Part shown: piece after piece, positions 1 to 9,051 of the stretch
Layout of the letters: each line of letters opens with the position of its first letter
How positions within the stretch are numbered: position 1 is the first letter of the stretch
DNA from: Candidatus Sulfomarinibacteraceae bacterium
GTDB lineage: Bacteria > Acidobacteriota > Thermoanaerobaculia > Thermoanaerobaculales > Sulfomarinibacteraceae
NCBI GenBank assembly: GCA_963796455.1
Contig: CAWCLO010000001.1
Location: 352,001 to 416,000, forward strand
Length of the DNA: 64,000 bases
Direction of reading: 5' to 3'
Program-made: the position numbers and the translations under genes
The notes under the pieces: model-generated
What the model saw: the letters and a program-made list of their open reading frames with translations, nothing else
Told to the model about the DNA's origin: nothing
The model's database searches: none

Positions 1-2
1 TC

Positions 3-131
3 CGAGGCGCACCGCCGGCCGTCGTCGAGCCCGAGATCGGCCTCGACTCCTTCCGTATCCGAAGGCTCTACGAACACTGGGTGACCGAGGGGTCATTGGT
101 GCGGGTCGAGGATCCGCCGACAGCTCAGTAG
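3..131 (+). CDS. 3' end of a CDS entering the window (hypothetical protein)
   Basis: Open frame ...VEPEIGLDSFRIRRLYEHWVTEGSLVRVEDPPTAQ* ends at TAG 129-131. Confidence 0.45.
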   Translation, partial: RGAPPAVVEPEIGLDSFRIRRLYEHWVTEGSLVRVEDPPTAQ

Positions 132-377
132 CAGCCGACTGGAGAAACCCTAGATCACGCAGATATCCAATCGGTCTCGGTAGAGGTATCGCCTGCGAGG
201 TCCCTACACCAGATTGCAGAGGGGATCGATCCTAGATGCTCGATCCTAGATGCTGGATCACTCTTGTCCAAGACAGAGTCTCGGATAGCGTGCAGGGACA
301 GCGGCAGAGAACGGTCTACAGCGTCAGCGAACAGGAGTCAGGGGCAGCGTTCAGCTATCAGCGACAGCGATCAGAAC

Positions 378-731
378 TCACTTCGTCGGGTTCAAAAGGC
401 GCCAGGTCATCGCACGGACCTGATCGAAGGCGTTCATCGCGTCGCGGGCGGCTGTCGCACTGATCGCCCCGGCGTGGGCAGAGAGGTCCAAGTGGCTGTC
501 GACTTCTTTGGCCGATGCGTAGGCGATTCTCCAGTGGTTCAACCGGTCTCTACCAACTCGACCGTGCCCTTCTGCCAGATTCGCAGGGACCGAACTTGCT
601 GACCGGATTACCTGATCGGCGATAGGCTTCAGCGGAGCCGGAACCCTCATCACGAGCTTGATCGCGATTCCTGCTGCTTCCAGGGCTTTCGAGTGGGCAA
701 AGAGGTTGGTGTTCGTGGCGGCTGAGGACAC
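378..731 (-). CDS. Four helix bundle protein (23S rRNA IVP / Avd-like family), ~117 aa
   Basis: Motifs DQVIRSASSVPANLAEG and IAYASAKEV; probable GTG start at 731 lies 5 nt after GGAGG (ORF track starts at 758). Confidence 0.85.
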   Translation of the reverse strand: MSSAATNTNLFAHSKALEAAGIAIKLVMRVPAPLKPIADQVIRSASSVPANLAEGHGRVGRDRLNHWRIAYASAKEVDSHLDLSAHAGAISATAARDAMNAFDQVRAMTWRLLNPTK

Positions 732-734
732 GGT

Positions 735-864
735 CACCTCCGGGTCGTTCATGCCCATTCCCGCAAGCCGGTGTGGCGGCCGATGTCAAGGATGCCCTGC
801 ACCCTGCCTGTCCTTGACATCGGCCGCCCACCGGCTACCCCTTCCTTGGAACGACCCGGAGGTG
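735..864 (-). promoter_or_regulatory. Nested hairpin sequestering the SD of the four-helix-bundle gene
   Basis: 735-750 pairs with 849-864 (16 bp perfect); 775-792 pairs with 811-828 (18 bp perfect); 766-773 pairs with 829-836. Confidence 0.65.
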
Positions 865-1122
865 GCCATTTCGCCGACTGGACTCCTGATCGCTGCCGCC
901 GCCGCCGCTGTCCTCTGTCGCTGTTCCCTGACGCTGTTGCCTGTCGCTGACGCTGGACACTGCCGCTGCCGCTGCGATTCGGGATCGGTATCGGGTACCT
1001 GCGAACCACGAACCGGACATGCCAACAACCAACCCGTAAACCACGTGTTGTCAGGTAGGTAACTTCATGACGATCCGTTTTGGACAACAGTGATCCTAGA
1101 TGCTGGATGCTCGATCCCGATC

Positions 1123-1181
1123 CCGAAAGGGGAAAGGGAGAAAGGGGGAAAGGGAGAAAGGGGGAAAGGGGGAAAGGGAGA
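1123..1181 (+). repeat. Purine octamer tandem repeat (RGAAAGGG)n
   Basis: About 7 degenerate copies. Confidence 0.85.
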
Positions 1182-1218
1182 ACGTTACAGGAAGCGCGGC
1201 TTCTGATAAGGGCAGGGT

Positions 1219-1306
1219 CTCCTCTGCTCCTCTGCTCCTCTGCTCCTCTGCTCCTCTGCTCCTCTGCTCCTCTGCTCCTCTGCTCCTCTGCTCCTCTGCT
1301 CCTCTG
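1219..1306 (+). repeat. (CTCCTCTG)11 perfect tandem repeat
   Basis: Direct count: 88 bp. Confidence 0.95.
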
Positions 1307-1310
1307 CCTA

Positions 1311-4043
1311 CTACGGCGTGACGACCAACAGCATCTTTTCCGGCACGAGATATTTCTTCGCCGCGGACTGGATCGCTTCTGGCGTGACCTCGGCGTAGGC
1401 TTCTTCGTCCACGGCCAAGGGCGAACCCGGACCCTCGAAGAGCGCACGGCCCACTCGGTAGGCGCGTGAAGCCGCGGACATTCCGCGCAGCATCCGGCTG
1501 CGGCGTTGCCGTGCCCGCCAACGATCGAGATCGGATTCGTCCATTGCTTCCGCTGCCAGTTCGCCGACCAGCTCCTCGAGAAGACCGGCCACCCTGTCAC
1601 TGTTTTCCGGCCGGGTCCCGACGGTGGCCGACAAGATCCAGGATCCATCCGGGTTGTTTCTGACACCGGCGCCAAGTCGATAGGCCAGACCCTCGCGTTC
1701 TCGAATCACCGCTGTCATCTTGTCCGACAACGAATCCATCGCCACCAGGGTCGCGACCCGGTCCTCTGGCTCAACTTCCGCGATCCGGCCCCACAGGAGC
1801 GTCACCTGCGGCGCCTCACCGATCTCGACGATCGGAGCGTCGGTTGCCGGTTCGGGTTCGGGGTAGGGTCCTCGCCGCGGTTCGGCACTCGGGCCACCCG
1901 AGAAGAAGTCCTTCACCATCTCGACTGTCTCCTCCGCCGAGACCGGCGAGGCGACGGTCACCACCAGACCGGCGGGCGCAAAGAAACCATCCGGCCAGGA
2001 ATTCCACGTTTTTCGGACAGCGTCGGCATCGACCGGTGGTGCATCCAGGGGGCCCGAAACCGGCTGGGCCAAAGGATGTCCGGTACCGAGCAGGGCGCCA
2101 AAGAAAAGCTGTTGAGCCTTTTCCGAACCCCGGTTATCGGCCTTACGGGCCGCCTGGTGCGAAGTCATCGCCCCACGCCACCCTTCGTTGTCCCAGGCCG
2201 GGACGCGGATCATCTCCGCCAACATCGCGAGGGCGATCTCGAGACCGGTCGCGGGCCCTTCGATGCGGACATAGGAAAAATCGGGCACGTGATACCGGTT
2301 GTCGAAGGGAATCATCGGCGAGTCAGCGACCTTGACCTCGAAACCCGCCCTCTCGACACGGCGGGCAAAATCGCCACTGTCCCCGAGGGCCGTCCCGGCT
2401 GACAACAGCCGGTGAACGAAATCAGAGATTCCCGGCGCACCATCCGGTTCGCGGAGCGTGCGGTCAGCCACCAGAAGATGAATACCGAAAACATCGCTGC
2501 CCACTTCGGGGAGAACACCCACCACCACACCGTTCTCAAGTGTGGTGACACGGCTCCCGAGCGGTCCGTTTTCAAGCATCGCGCTTCGTGCTGTCGTCTG
2601 AGTCGCCTGCGCTTCGGGGAGCGCCACCCGAACTTCCGGACCACCCTTGCCCAGCCAGGCAGCACGCGATCGCGAAGAGATGTTTGTCAACAATGCCGCT
2701 GCCGTGCTCCGAAGAACAGTCGCTTCAACCACCGGCGGCGAGACCGAATCAATCAGTGAGCCACGGGCTGACGCCAGAGCCTCGCCAAAGAAAACCGCCG
2801 CATAATGCGGCCGCTGATCGGAAAGTGCCCGCTCTCCCGCCCAGGTGCGCTGAATGATCGCGGCCTCCGTGTCGGTCGGGCCGGCTGACGCGCGATTGAG
2901 AGTTCCGAGGAGCAATGCCAGGAGGCTCTCGGGATCGGCCCCCATCTCCGCCTCGACCCGGATCTCGAGAAGATCGCGGGGTTCGCGGGGCTGCCGCGTG
3001 ACGCTGATTTCGCGGGCCAAGCCGGGACCGACAATCGCCGCAAAGGGGCCATTGGAGTCCGACAACCATCGCGCCAGAATCTCCACCTCGGTTCCGGACT
3101 CGGACAACGCATCGGGCACCGCGATCACGACCGCGAGGGTCCCGCCCGACGGCGCCTGACCGCGGCCGGACATTCCGTGGCCGCCGCCACCCATCCCCAT
3201 GGTGGGCATTCCTCCGCCGGCCGGGGCCTCGGGCGCCGTCATGGCCACCCACTCACCCCACCCGGACCACTCCAGTTGATCCGGACGCGCAGCGGCACGA
3301 TCAGATGGACCGAGAGCTGCAAAGGGTTTCAAGACAGCCTCGAGGCCACCGACATCGAGATCACCGGTGATCAGCAGCCGAAAACCGGAGGGCACATAAC
3401 GTTCGTTCCAATAGGCGACGACCTTGTCCCGCGGGGTGGCCCCCACCGAGCTTTCCGATCCACCGACCGGGTGTTCGAGAGGGGTTCCCTGCCAGAGAGC
3501 CTCACGCAACCGATCCTCTTTCAGGCCGTCCGGAGAAGCATGATCCTTGGCCAACTCCTCGAGAATGACTTTCTTTTCTTTTTCGTAGACCTCTGCTTCG
3601 ATGGTCGAACGGGTGAGCATGCCCACCATGAGCTCGGCCGCAGCCACCGCGTCGGCGCGGGGAATCAGAGCGAAATACACCGTCGTCTGTTCGCGGGTAA
3701 AGGCATTCATATAGGCCGAAAGCCTTTCAAAGGCCTCGGTCACACCCCGCTCGTCGAGTTCGTCAAAACCATCAAAGAGCAGATGTTCCAGGTAGTGCGA
3801 AAGACCGCCCATCCCTGCCGGCTCGTCCTGCGACCCGGCAGGGACAGCGACTGCCACCAGGACAGTGCCCGAACCCGGGCGGGGCCACAACAGGGCGCTC
3901 GCACCCGACGGCAACGTCCGTTCGACGGGGCCGGATGCCGCCTTTTCCTCTGCCGCCAGCAACGGCTGGGCAGGCACCAGGAGGGCCGCAAGAACCAAAA
4001 CACAGATCACAAGCACAACGGGACGAAACATGGGTGTATGCAT
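1311..4043 (-). CDS. M16 family (pitrilysin/insulinase) zinc peptidase, secreted
   Basis: Signal peptide; HYLEH (HxxEH) motif, NAFT, REREGLAY; second half lacks the motif; exact start uncertain. Confidence 0.9.
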   Translation of the reverse strand: MHTPMFRPVVLVICVLVLAALLVPAQPLLAAEEKAASGPVERTLPSGASALLWPRPGSGTVLVAVAVPAGSQDEPAGMGGLSHYLEHLLFDGFDELDERGVTEAFERLSAYMNAFTREQTTVYFALIPRADAVAAAELMVGMLTRSTIEAEVYEKEKKVILEELAKDHASPDGLKEDRLREALWQGTPLEHPVGGSESSVGATPRDKVVAYWNERYVPSGFRLLITGDLDVGGLEAVLKPFAALGPSDRAAARPDQLEWSGWGEWVAMTAPEAPAGGGMPTMGMGGGGHGMSGRGQAPSGGTLAVVIAVPDALSESGTEVEILARWLSDSNGPFAAIVGPGLAREISVTRQPREPRDLLEIRVEAEMGADPESLLALLLGTLNRASAGPTDTEAAIIQRTWAGERALSDQRPHYAAVFFGEALASARGSLIDSVSPPVVEATVLRSTAAALLTNISSRSRAAWLGKGGPEVRVALPEAQATQTTARSAMLENGPLGSRVTTLENGVVVGVLPEVGSDVFGIHLLVADRTLREPDGAPGISDFVHRLLSAGTALGDSGDFARRVERAGFEVKVADSPMIPFDNRYHVPDFSYVRIEGPATGLEIALAMLAEMIRVPAWDNEGWRGAMTSHQAARKADNRGSEKAQQLFFGALLGTGHPLAQPVSGPLDAPPVDADAVRKTWNSWPDGFFAPAGLVVTVASPVSAEETVEMVKDFFSGGPSAEPRRGPYPEPEPATDAPIVEIGEAPQVTLLWGRIAEVEPEDRVATLVAMDSLSDKMTAVIREREGLAYRLGAGVRNNPDGSWILSATVGTRPENSDRVAGLLEELVGELAAEAMDESDLDRWRARQRRSRMLRGMSAASRAYRVGRALFEGPGSPLAVDEEAYAEVTPEAIQSAAKKYLVPEKMLLVVTP

Positions 4044-4142
4044 GGGCGGGATTGTACCTGCACTCAATCAGTTTTGAGTTTCAAGTTTTGAATTTTGAGG
4101 TCTGAAGATCCTCCGCCCCCGCCCAATTACCTGAGTGGATCA

Positions 4143-4203
4143 AACTCCGAACTCCAAACTCCGAACTCCGAACTCCGAACTCCGAACTCCGAACTCCGAA
4201 CTC
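4143..4203 (+). repeat. (AACTCCG)n heptamer repeat, ~8-9 copies
   Basis: Direct; a second heptamer run (GTTTTGA-like) lies at 4070-4098. Confidence 0.9.
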
Positions 4204-4226
4204 GACAAATGGTACCCTTCGCTCCG

Positions 4227-4967
4227 ATGGTAGAAACAAGAGACCTTTCACTCAGCCTCCGCGCCTTCTTGAAAGCCTATCCCTGGCGGGTCATCGATCC
4301 GGTACCGTGCACGGTTCTCGGAAGGCCTCTGCCCGAGTGCAGGGTGGCACTGCTGTCCTCCGCCGGCTTCGTGGTTCCCGGCGAGGAGCCGTTCAGCGCC
4401 TCGATCAAAGGCGGCGATTTCAGCTATCGCGTGATCCCCGACGATATCGACGTACAGACGCTCGAAGAGCACCATCGTTCGGACAGCTTCTCTCACGACG
4501 GAATCGAAGCCGATCGCAACATGGGCTTGCCCCTCGACCGTTTGCACGAGCTGGCGGCAGACGGTGTCATCGGATCGGTGGCGCCCCGCCACATTTCGGT
4601 CATGGGCTCCATTACCGCACCCGGAAGATACATCCGCAAGACCCTTCCCGTGGTGGCGGACATTTTCGTGGAAGACCAGGTAGACGTCGCGCTGATGGTC
4701 CCTGTCTGACCGGTCTGCGTCCAGACGGTCGGTCTGGCTCAGTCAACAGTCGAGGACCGGGGAATCGCCACCGCCTCCATCACCATGCTCGAGGACATCA
4801 CCCGCAAGATCCAGCCCCCCCGCGCCCTGTCGGTCCCCTACCCCCTCGGTTTCCCACTCGGTGAGGCCGGCAACCACGCGCTCCAGACCTCGGTTCTTCG
4901 GGCGTTGCTCGCGCTGCTCGATCGCACCGATGCTCCAGTTCTCGAGCGTTGGTCGCCGAATGGCTGA
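4227..4967 (+). CDS. GrdB/PrdB-family (glycine/betaine/D-proline reductase selenoprotein B-like) selenoprotein, Sec at TGA 4707-4709
   Basis: ORFs 4095-4709 and 4785-4967 are in frame; readthrough gives VPV-U-PVC-VQTVGL (UxxC), then GIATASI and PPRALSVPYPLGFPLG, typical of the family; start 4209 or 4227. Confidence 0.85.
4721..4737 (+). promoter_or_regulatory. Putative bacterial SECIS hairpin
   Basis: CCAGAC-GGTCG-GTCTGG begins 11 nt after the UGA; loop starts with G. Confidence 0.65.
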
Positions 4968-5088
4968 TCGGAAACGTCTCTTCCATAAACACTTGCGACA
5001 TTTCGACAGCACCAATCAGGGACATTCGTCAGCACTGACGACTGAGGACTGTCGACTACTGGCGTGTAGAATCCGCGCAACAAGGGTC

Positions 5089-7794
5089 TTACCCACCCAA
5101 TTCGAGGACCGTACAGCCTTCCGCGCGCTCGGCAAATGCTTGCACGGTCGCCGGATGGCAGGTGAAGAAGATGACCTGGCGACGATTGGCAAACTCCGCA
5201 ATGACCTCGGCCGCCGCTCCGCGACGCTCGTCATCAAAATTGACGAGAACGTCGTCCATCAGGACCGGGAGGGCGGGGTGGGCGCCGGACAGATTTTCGA
5301 TGTAACTCAGGCGGAGCGCGAGGAAGAGCTGTTCGGCGGTGGCGCGGGAGAGTTTCTGCGGAGCTTTGCCAATGGAACGGCCGTCACTCACCGTGGGCTC
5401 GAAAGAACCGAGGGGCGTTCCGATCTTTGTGTAGCGCCCGTCGGTCAGGCTCGAGAAGATCTCCTGGGCCCGCTGGATGACGGCCGGCTGGCGCTCGGCT
5501 TCATAGACCTCGAGTGACTCCTCGAGCAACCTCGCGGCCACGGCCTTGACCGCGTAGGCCTCCACCGTATCTGCGATTCGCTCAATGAGACCCGACTCGG
5601 CCAACCGGAGTTCAGATGACGCACTCTCTTCGGCGCCGCGCTGCAGGCGGCCGTCGAGGGTACCGCGATGCTCGAGGAGTTGGTCGCGTTCAGCCTCGAT
5701 CTCGCCGGCCCTTTTTCCAGCCACCGCTGCTGCTGCTTCGAGGTCGGCCATTGTCTTGCCGTCGCCGAGGTCGGCCTGCCCGAAGATCTCGGTCAACCGC
5801 CGCCGATTCCTCGTGATGCGTTCGGAGAGCACCGCACCCTGCTCCTCCGCTGCCGATGCCTCAGACAGAAGCTCACGCCGCTTTTCAGCCGAACGTCTTG
5901 CCGCGCCCGACCTCGCCAGGAGCGAACGGACCCCGTGCTCGGTCCCATCGAGATCCACTGATCCGTCAGCCTTCGAAAGGGTGGCCCCGGCAGTGCGTGC
6001 TTCTCGGCCATACTCCTGACACAATTCCTCACGGCGATCCACTTCGGCCTGGAGCCCGCGCATCGAATCCATCCGCGATCTCAGGTCGCGGAGCAATCGG
6101 AGCACCCGCCGCACGCTCTCCGGTTTATCCGAGAGCGTATGAAGCTGGTGCTCATCCACCCAGGCGAGCCAGCCGCGCCACGCGCGATCGTGGTTCTCGG
6201 CCGCGCTGCGGGCCGATTCCTCCCGGGCCGCAGCGGTCAGAGCGAGCTCGGTTTCGGTGGCCCACAGACGACGGCACTCCTCGAGCCGGTTCTTCATTTC
6301 CATCAACTCGATCGCGGACGGAGTTTCTTCGAGCTCGAGCACCGGCAGCAGCTCCGCCACCGCCCGCGGGATCCGACGACGATACAGAAGTGGTCCCACA
6401 GCGAGACCGACGGCCAGGAGGGCGATCGGTACTGCTGCCCACATCAGAGGGCGGTTGTCGACGAAAAACCCCGCCACCACGATCGCGACGGCCACGACAG
6501 CAGCAGCAGCAGCCGGCAAGAAGGACGGCCCCTGCGTATCGGGACCGTGACCGAGGGTGAGCAGACGATCGACGGTCTCGAGCCGGGTCCCCACCTCATC
6601 ATTGATCTGGTCGGCGTTCTCGAGACCCAGGTTCTGCGAAAGCTCTCGCGCCCTGTGTTCGGCCTCATCGTGTTCCTTGCGCGCCTCGCTTGCACGCCGG
6701 GCGTCCTCCTCCCTGCGACGCTGGGTTTCGCGCAGCCGCTCCTCCGATTCGTGGAGTCGGTTCTCGAGTTCGAGATCGAGATGCAGAGCGCCCGCCGTCT
6801 CCAGGGTCCAACTTTCACCCAGATCGGTGACCCTCCGTTCCAGATCCGTCTCGAGTTGACGCTTTTTCTCGAGGTCGATCTTGAGCTGCGAGGCCTCCGA
6901 TCGAAAGAGCTCGAAGCGCGCACCCAGTCTCTCGATCGTGTCGGAACGCTCGAGAAGCTCGTCGTCGACTTCGTGGGCCGCTGCCTCGCGCCGGGCCCGT
7001 TCCACATCGAGTTTTTTGCCCTCGAGCTCGGCCTCGTCCTCCTGGATCTTGTCTTCCAGCCGGTGGCCTTCGACAAGCAGCGCCCTGAGACGGGCCTCCT
7101 CCCGGCGACGGCTCTGAAGCTCTCCTTCAGCAGTTTGGAGGTTGGCACCGACCACCACCCGCTGCTCCCGATCGACCCGATAGCTCTCGGCCGCCTCCTC
7201 GAGTTTTCGCCGATCCTCCCGCAGCGATCGCAGATCCTGGTTGAGACGATGGAGTTCCTTGGTGCGCGCTCGCGGAGCCCATAGAGCGTCGGCATCGGCA
7301 CGAAGTTTTTCGAGAACATCGTAGGGATTCACCAGGAGGCCGGCGGAGGTTGCATAAAGCCGCGACTGAATTGACTCGAGGGCTGAAAAGTCAGAGAGCT
7401 CCTCGAGCGAAAACCCGAAGACGCCCTTGAAGACACCGGCACTCACACCGGCAATGAGGGGCTCGAGCAGGACATCTCCGGATTGCTCACCGTGCGGTCC
7501 CCTGGCCATCACCCGGCCGCCATGGGCGCCCTCGGTTCGCTCGACGATCCACGGCGTTCCATCGTCATCGAAGACGAGACGGCCGACCCGGGCGTCGCCC
7601 GATGGCGGCAGGTACTGCCGCTCGTTCGTCCGGCCGCGGGGAAAACCATAGAGGATCTGCCGAATCAGCGAACTGTAGGTGCTCTTGCCGGCCTCGTTTC
7701 GCCCGTAAACGACGCTGAGGCTTGCACCGAAGACGCCGAGGACCTCGTCCGAGAGCTCCCCAAAACGAACGGCTTCTACGTTGGTCAAACGCAT
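5089..7794 (-). CDS. yhaN: YhaN-like AAA_27 coiled-coil ATPase (SbcC/Rad50-like)
   Basis: GRNEAGKST Walker A; LSRATAEQLFLALRL; MDDVLVNFD; central transmembrane hairpin. Confidence 0.85.
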   Translation of the reverse strand: MRLTNVEAVRFGELSDEVLGVFGASLSVVYGRNEAGKSTYSSLIRQILYGFPRGRTNERQYLPPSGDARVGRLVFDDDGTPWIVERTEGAHGGRVMARGPHGEQSGDVLLEPLIAGVSAGVFKGVFGFSLEELSDFSALESIQSRLYATSAGLLVNPYDVLEKLRADADALWAPRARTKELHRLNQDLRSLREDRRKLEEAAESYRVDREQRVVVGANLQTAEGELQSRRREEARLRALLVEGHRLEDKIQEDEAELEGKKLDVERARREAAAHEVDDELLERSDTIERLGARFELFRSEASQLKIDLEKKRQLETDLERRVTDLGESWTLETAGALHLDLELENRLHESEERLRETQRRREEDARRASEARKEHDEAEHRARELSQNLGLENADQINDEVGTRLETVDRLLTLGHGPDTQGPSFLPAAAAAVVAVAIVVAGFFVDNRPLMWAAVPIALLAVGLAVGPLLYRRRIPRAVAELLPVLELEETPSAIELMEMKNRLEECRRLWATETELALTAAAREESARSAAENHDRAWRGWLAWVDEHQLHTLSDKPESVRRVLRLLRDLRSRMDSMRGLQAEVDRREELCQEYGREARTAGATLSKADGSVDLDGTEHGVRSLLARSGAARRSAEKRRELLSEASAAEEQGAVLSERITRNRRRLTEIFGQADLGDGKTMADLEAAAAVAGKRAGEIEAERDQLLEHRGTLDGRLQRGAEESASSELRLAESGLIERIADTVEAYAVKAVAARLLEESLEVYEAERQPAVIQRAQEIFSSLTDGRYTKIGTPLGSFEPTVSDGRSIGKAPQKLSRATAEQLFLALRLSYIENLSGAHPALPVLMDDVLVNFDDERRGAAAEVIAEFANRRQVIFFTCHPATVQAFAERAEGCTVLELGG

Positions 7795-9047
7795 CAGAGA
7801 TCATCCTCCGACACGAGATCGATGCAAAGGTCTCTCGCCAGCGCGACAATTTCCTCCGGCGAGGAGATGGTCTCGGGCCTCGCCGCGAGCTGATCGAGGA
7901 CCGGGTCGATGATCTCCGCCAGGAGCGAATGGGCCGCTGCTTGATCTTCCATTCGGGCGCCGGCCAGACGCGCAATGTCACCTCGAAGACCTTCTTCGGC
8001 CAGCACCTCTTCGAGGGCGACGGCCGGTCGCGTGCGATCACGGACCCGGTCGATCCACAACCATGGGTCGAGACCCAGCTGTTCGTCACGAATATCCGCG
8101 ACAAGATCTCTCATCACACCCGGTCGCAGGAGTGCACCATGGATCGGCGAGCGACCCGTCAAATCGATTCTCGCGATGACAGGACGCCCCGCACCTGCTT
8201 CACGAAGATTCTGGCAGAGCTCGCGGATCGCGGTCCGTAATCCGTCGAGTCCCGTGATCTCGGCGCTCGGCAACTCCACCCGTCGCCACAAAACGGAGGC
8301 CGTGGAAACGAATTCCTCAACGGCCCCGTCGCCGTCGAGCTCCACGAAAAGGCACCCGCGGGGCCCTTCCTCGGTGGGATCGAGACCCTGGGTCGACCCC
8401 GGGTACACGGCTGGCGGGTGATCCGAAACCCGGCCCGGCACATGTATGTGACCGAGCGCCCAGTAATCCATCCCCGCCGATCGCAGATCCTCGACCGAGC
8501 ACGGGGCGTAATTGTCGTGGCCCTCGCGTTGGCCCACGTTGGCGTGGAGCACTGCCAATGCAAGCGGGTCCCCCGTCCTGCGGCTGAATCCGCGCGCCAG
8601 GTTGTCGGTGACTTCACGGGTGGCGAAACTCCGGCCATAGACGGCACAAGCAACATCACCGTCACGCTCAACCTCGAATCGCGCCACCCGATCTGCCGGG
8701 AAAATCTTAACTGAGGGAGGAAGTTCCAACCCCGCCGACCAGCCATCCCTGGGGTCGTGATTGCCGTGGACCAGAAAGACCGGAATTCCAGCCTCGTCCA
8801 TTCGCATCATGGCCCTTTGAAAGGCGAGCTCGGCCCGCAGACTGCGGTCTGCGCTGTTGTGAAGATCTCCGGCGATGACGAGGAAGTCCGCCGACCGATC
8901 GATGCACAGGTCGATCACCCGATCGAGGGCTTCAAAGGTTGATCGTGCAAGGGCTCCCGACACCCGGTCGTCGGTGGCATCGACTCCGCCGAAGGTGGCA
9001 TCGAGGTGAAGGTCGGAGGCGTGGACAAAGCGAACCGACCCCTTCAT
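7794..9047 (-). CDS. yhaO: YhaO/SbcD-like metallophosphoesterase exonuclease
   Basis: SDLHLD, AGDL, GNHD, ALGHIH motifs. Confidence 0.88.
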   Translation of the reverse strand: MKGSVRFVHASDLHLDATFGGVDATDDRVSGALARSTFEALDRVIDLCIDRSADFLVIAGDLHNSADRSLRAELAFQRAMMRMDEAGIPVFLVHGNHDPRDGWSAGLELPPSVKIFPADRVARFEVERDGDVACAVYGRSFATREVTDNLARGFSRRTGDPLALAVLHANVGQREGHDNYAPCSVEDLRSAGMDYWALGHIHVPGRVSDHPPAVYPGSTQGLDPTEEGPRGCLFVELDGDGAVEEFVSTASVLWRRVELPSAEITGLDGLRTAIRELCQNLREAGAGRPVIARIDLTGRSPIHGALLRPGVMRDLVADIRDEQLGLDPWLWIDRVRDRTRPAVALEEVLAEEGLRGDIARLAGARMEDQAAAHSLLAEIIDPVLDQLAARPETISSPEEIVALARDLCIDLVSEDDL

Positions 9048-9051
9048 CGAA

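Larger units (their letters stand above)
255..1096. mobile_element. TIR-bounded element copy A carrying a four-helix-bundle gene
   Basis: Left end GGATCACTCTTGTCCAAGACAG; right end CCGTTTTGGACAACAGTGATCC (imperfect inverted repeat); related ends recur at four other loci. Confidence 0.75.

Noticed and set aside
378..758. Diversity-generating retroelement (Avd-like gene)
   Set aside because: No reverse transcriptase, and no TR/VR pair with adenine-specific differences was seen.
1008..1026. Sigma54 promoter in the element's right module (TGGCAT...)
   Set aside because: No GC at the required -12 spacing.
1219..1306. Tandem arrays as CRISPR
   Set aside because: No unique spacers and no cas genes; these are simple 7-8 bp repeats.
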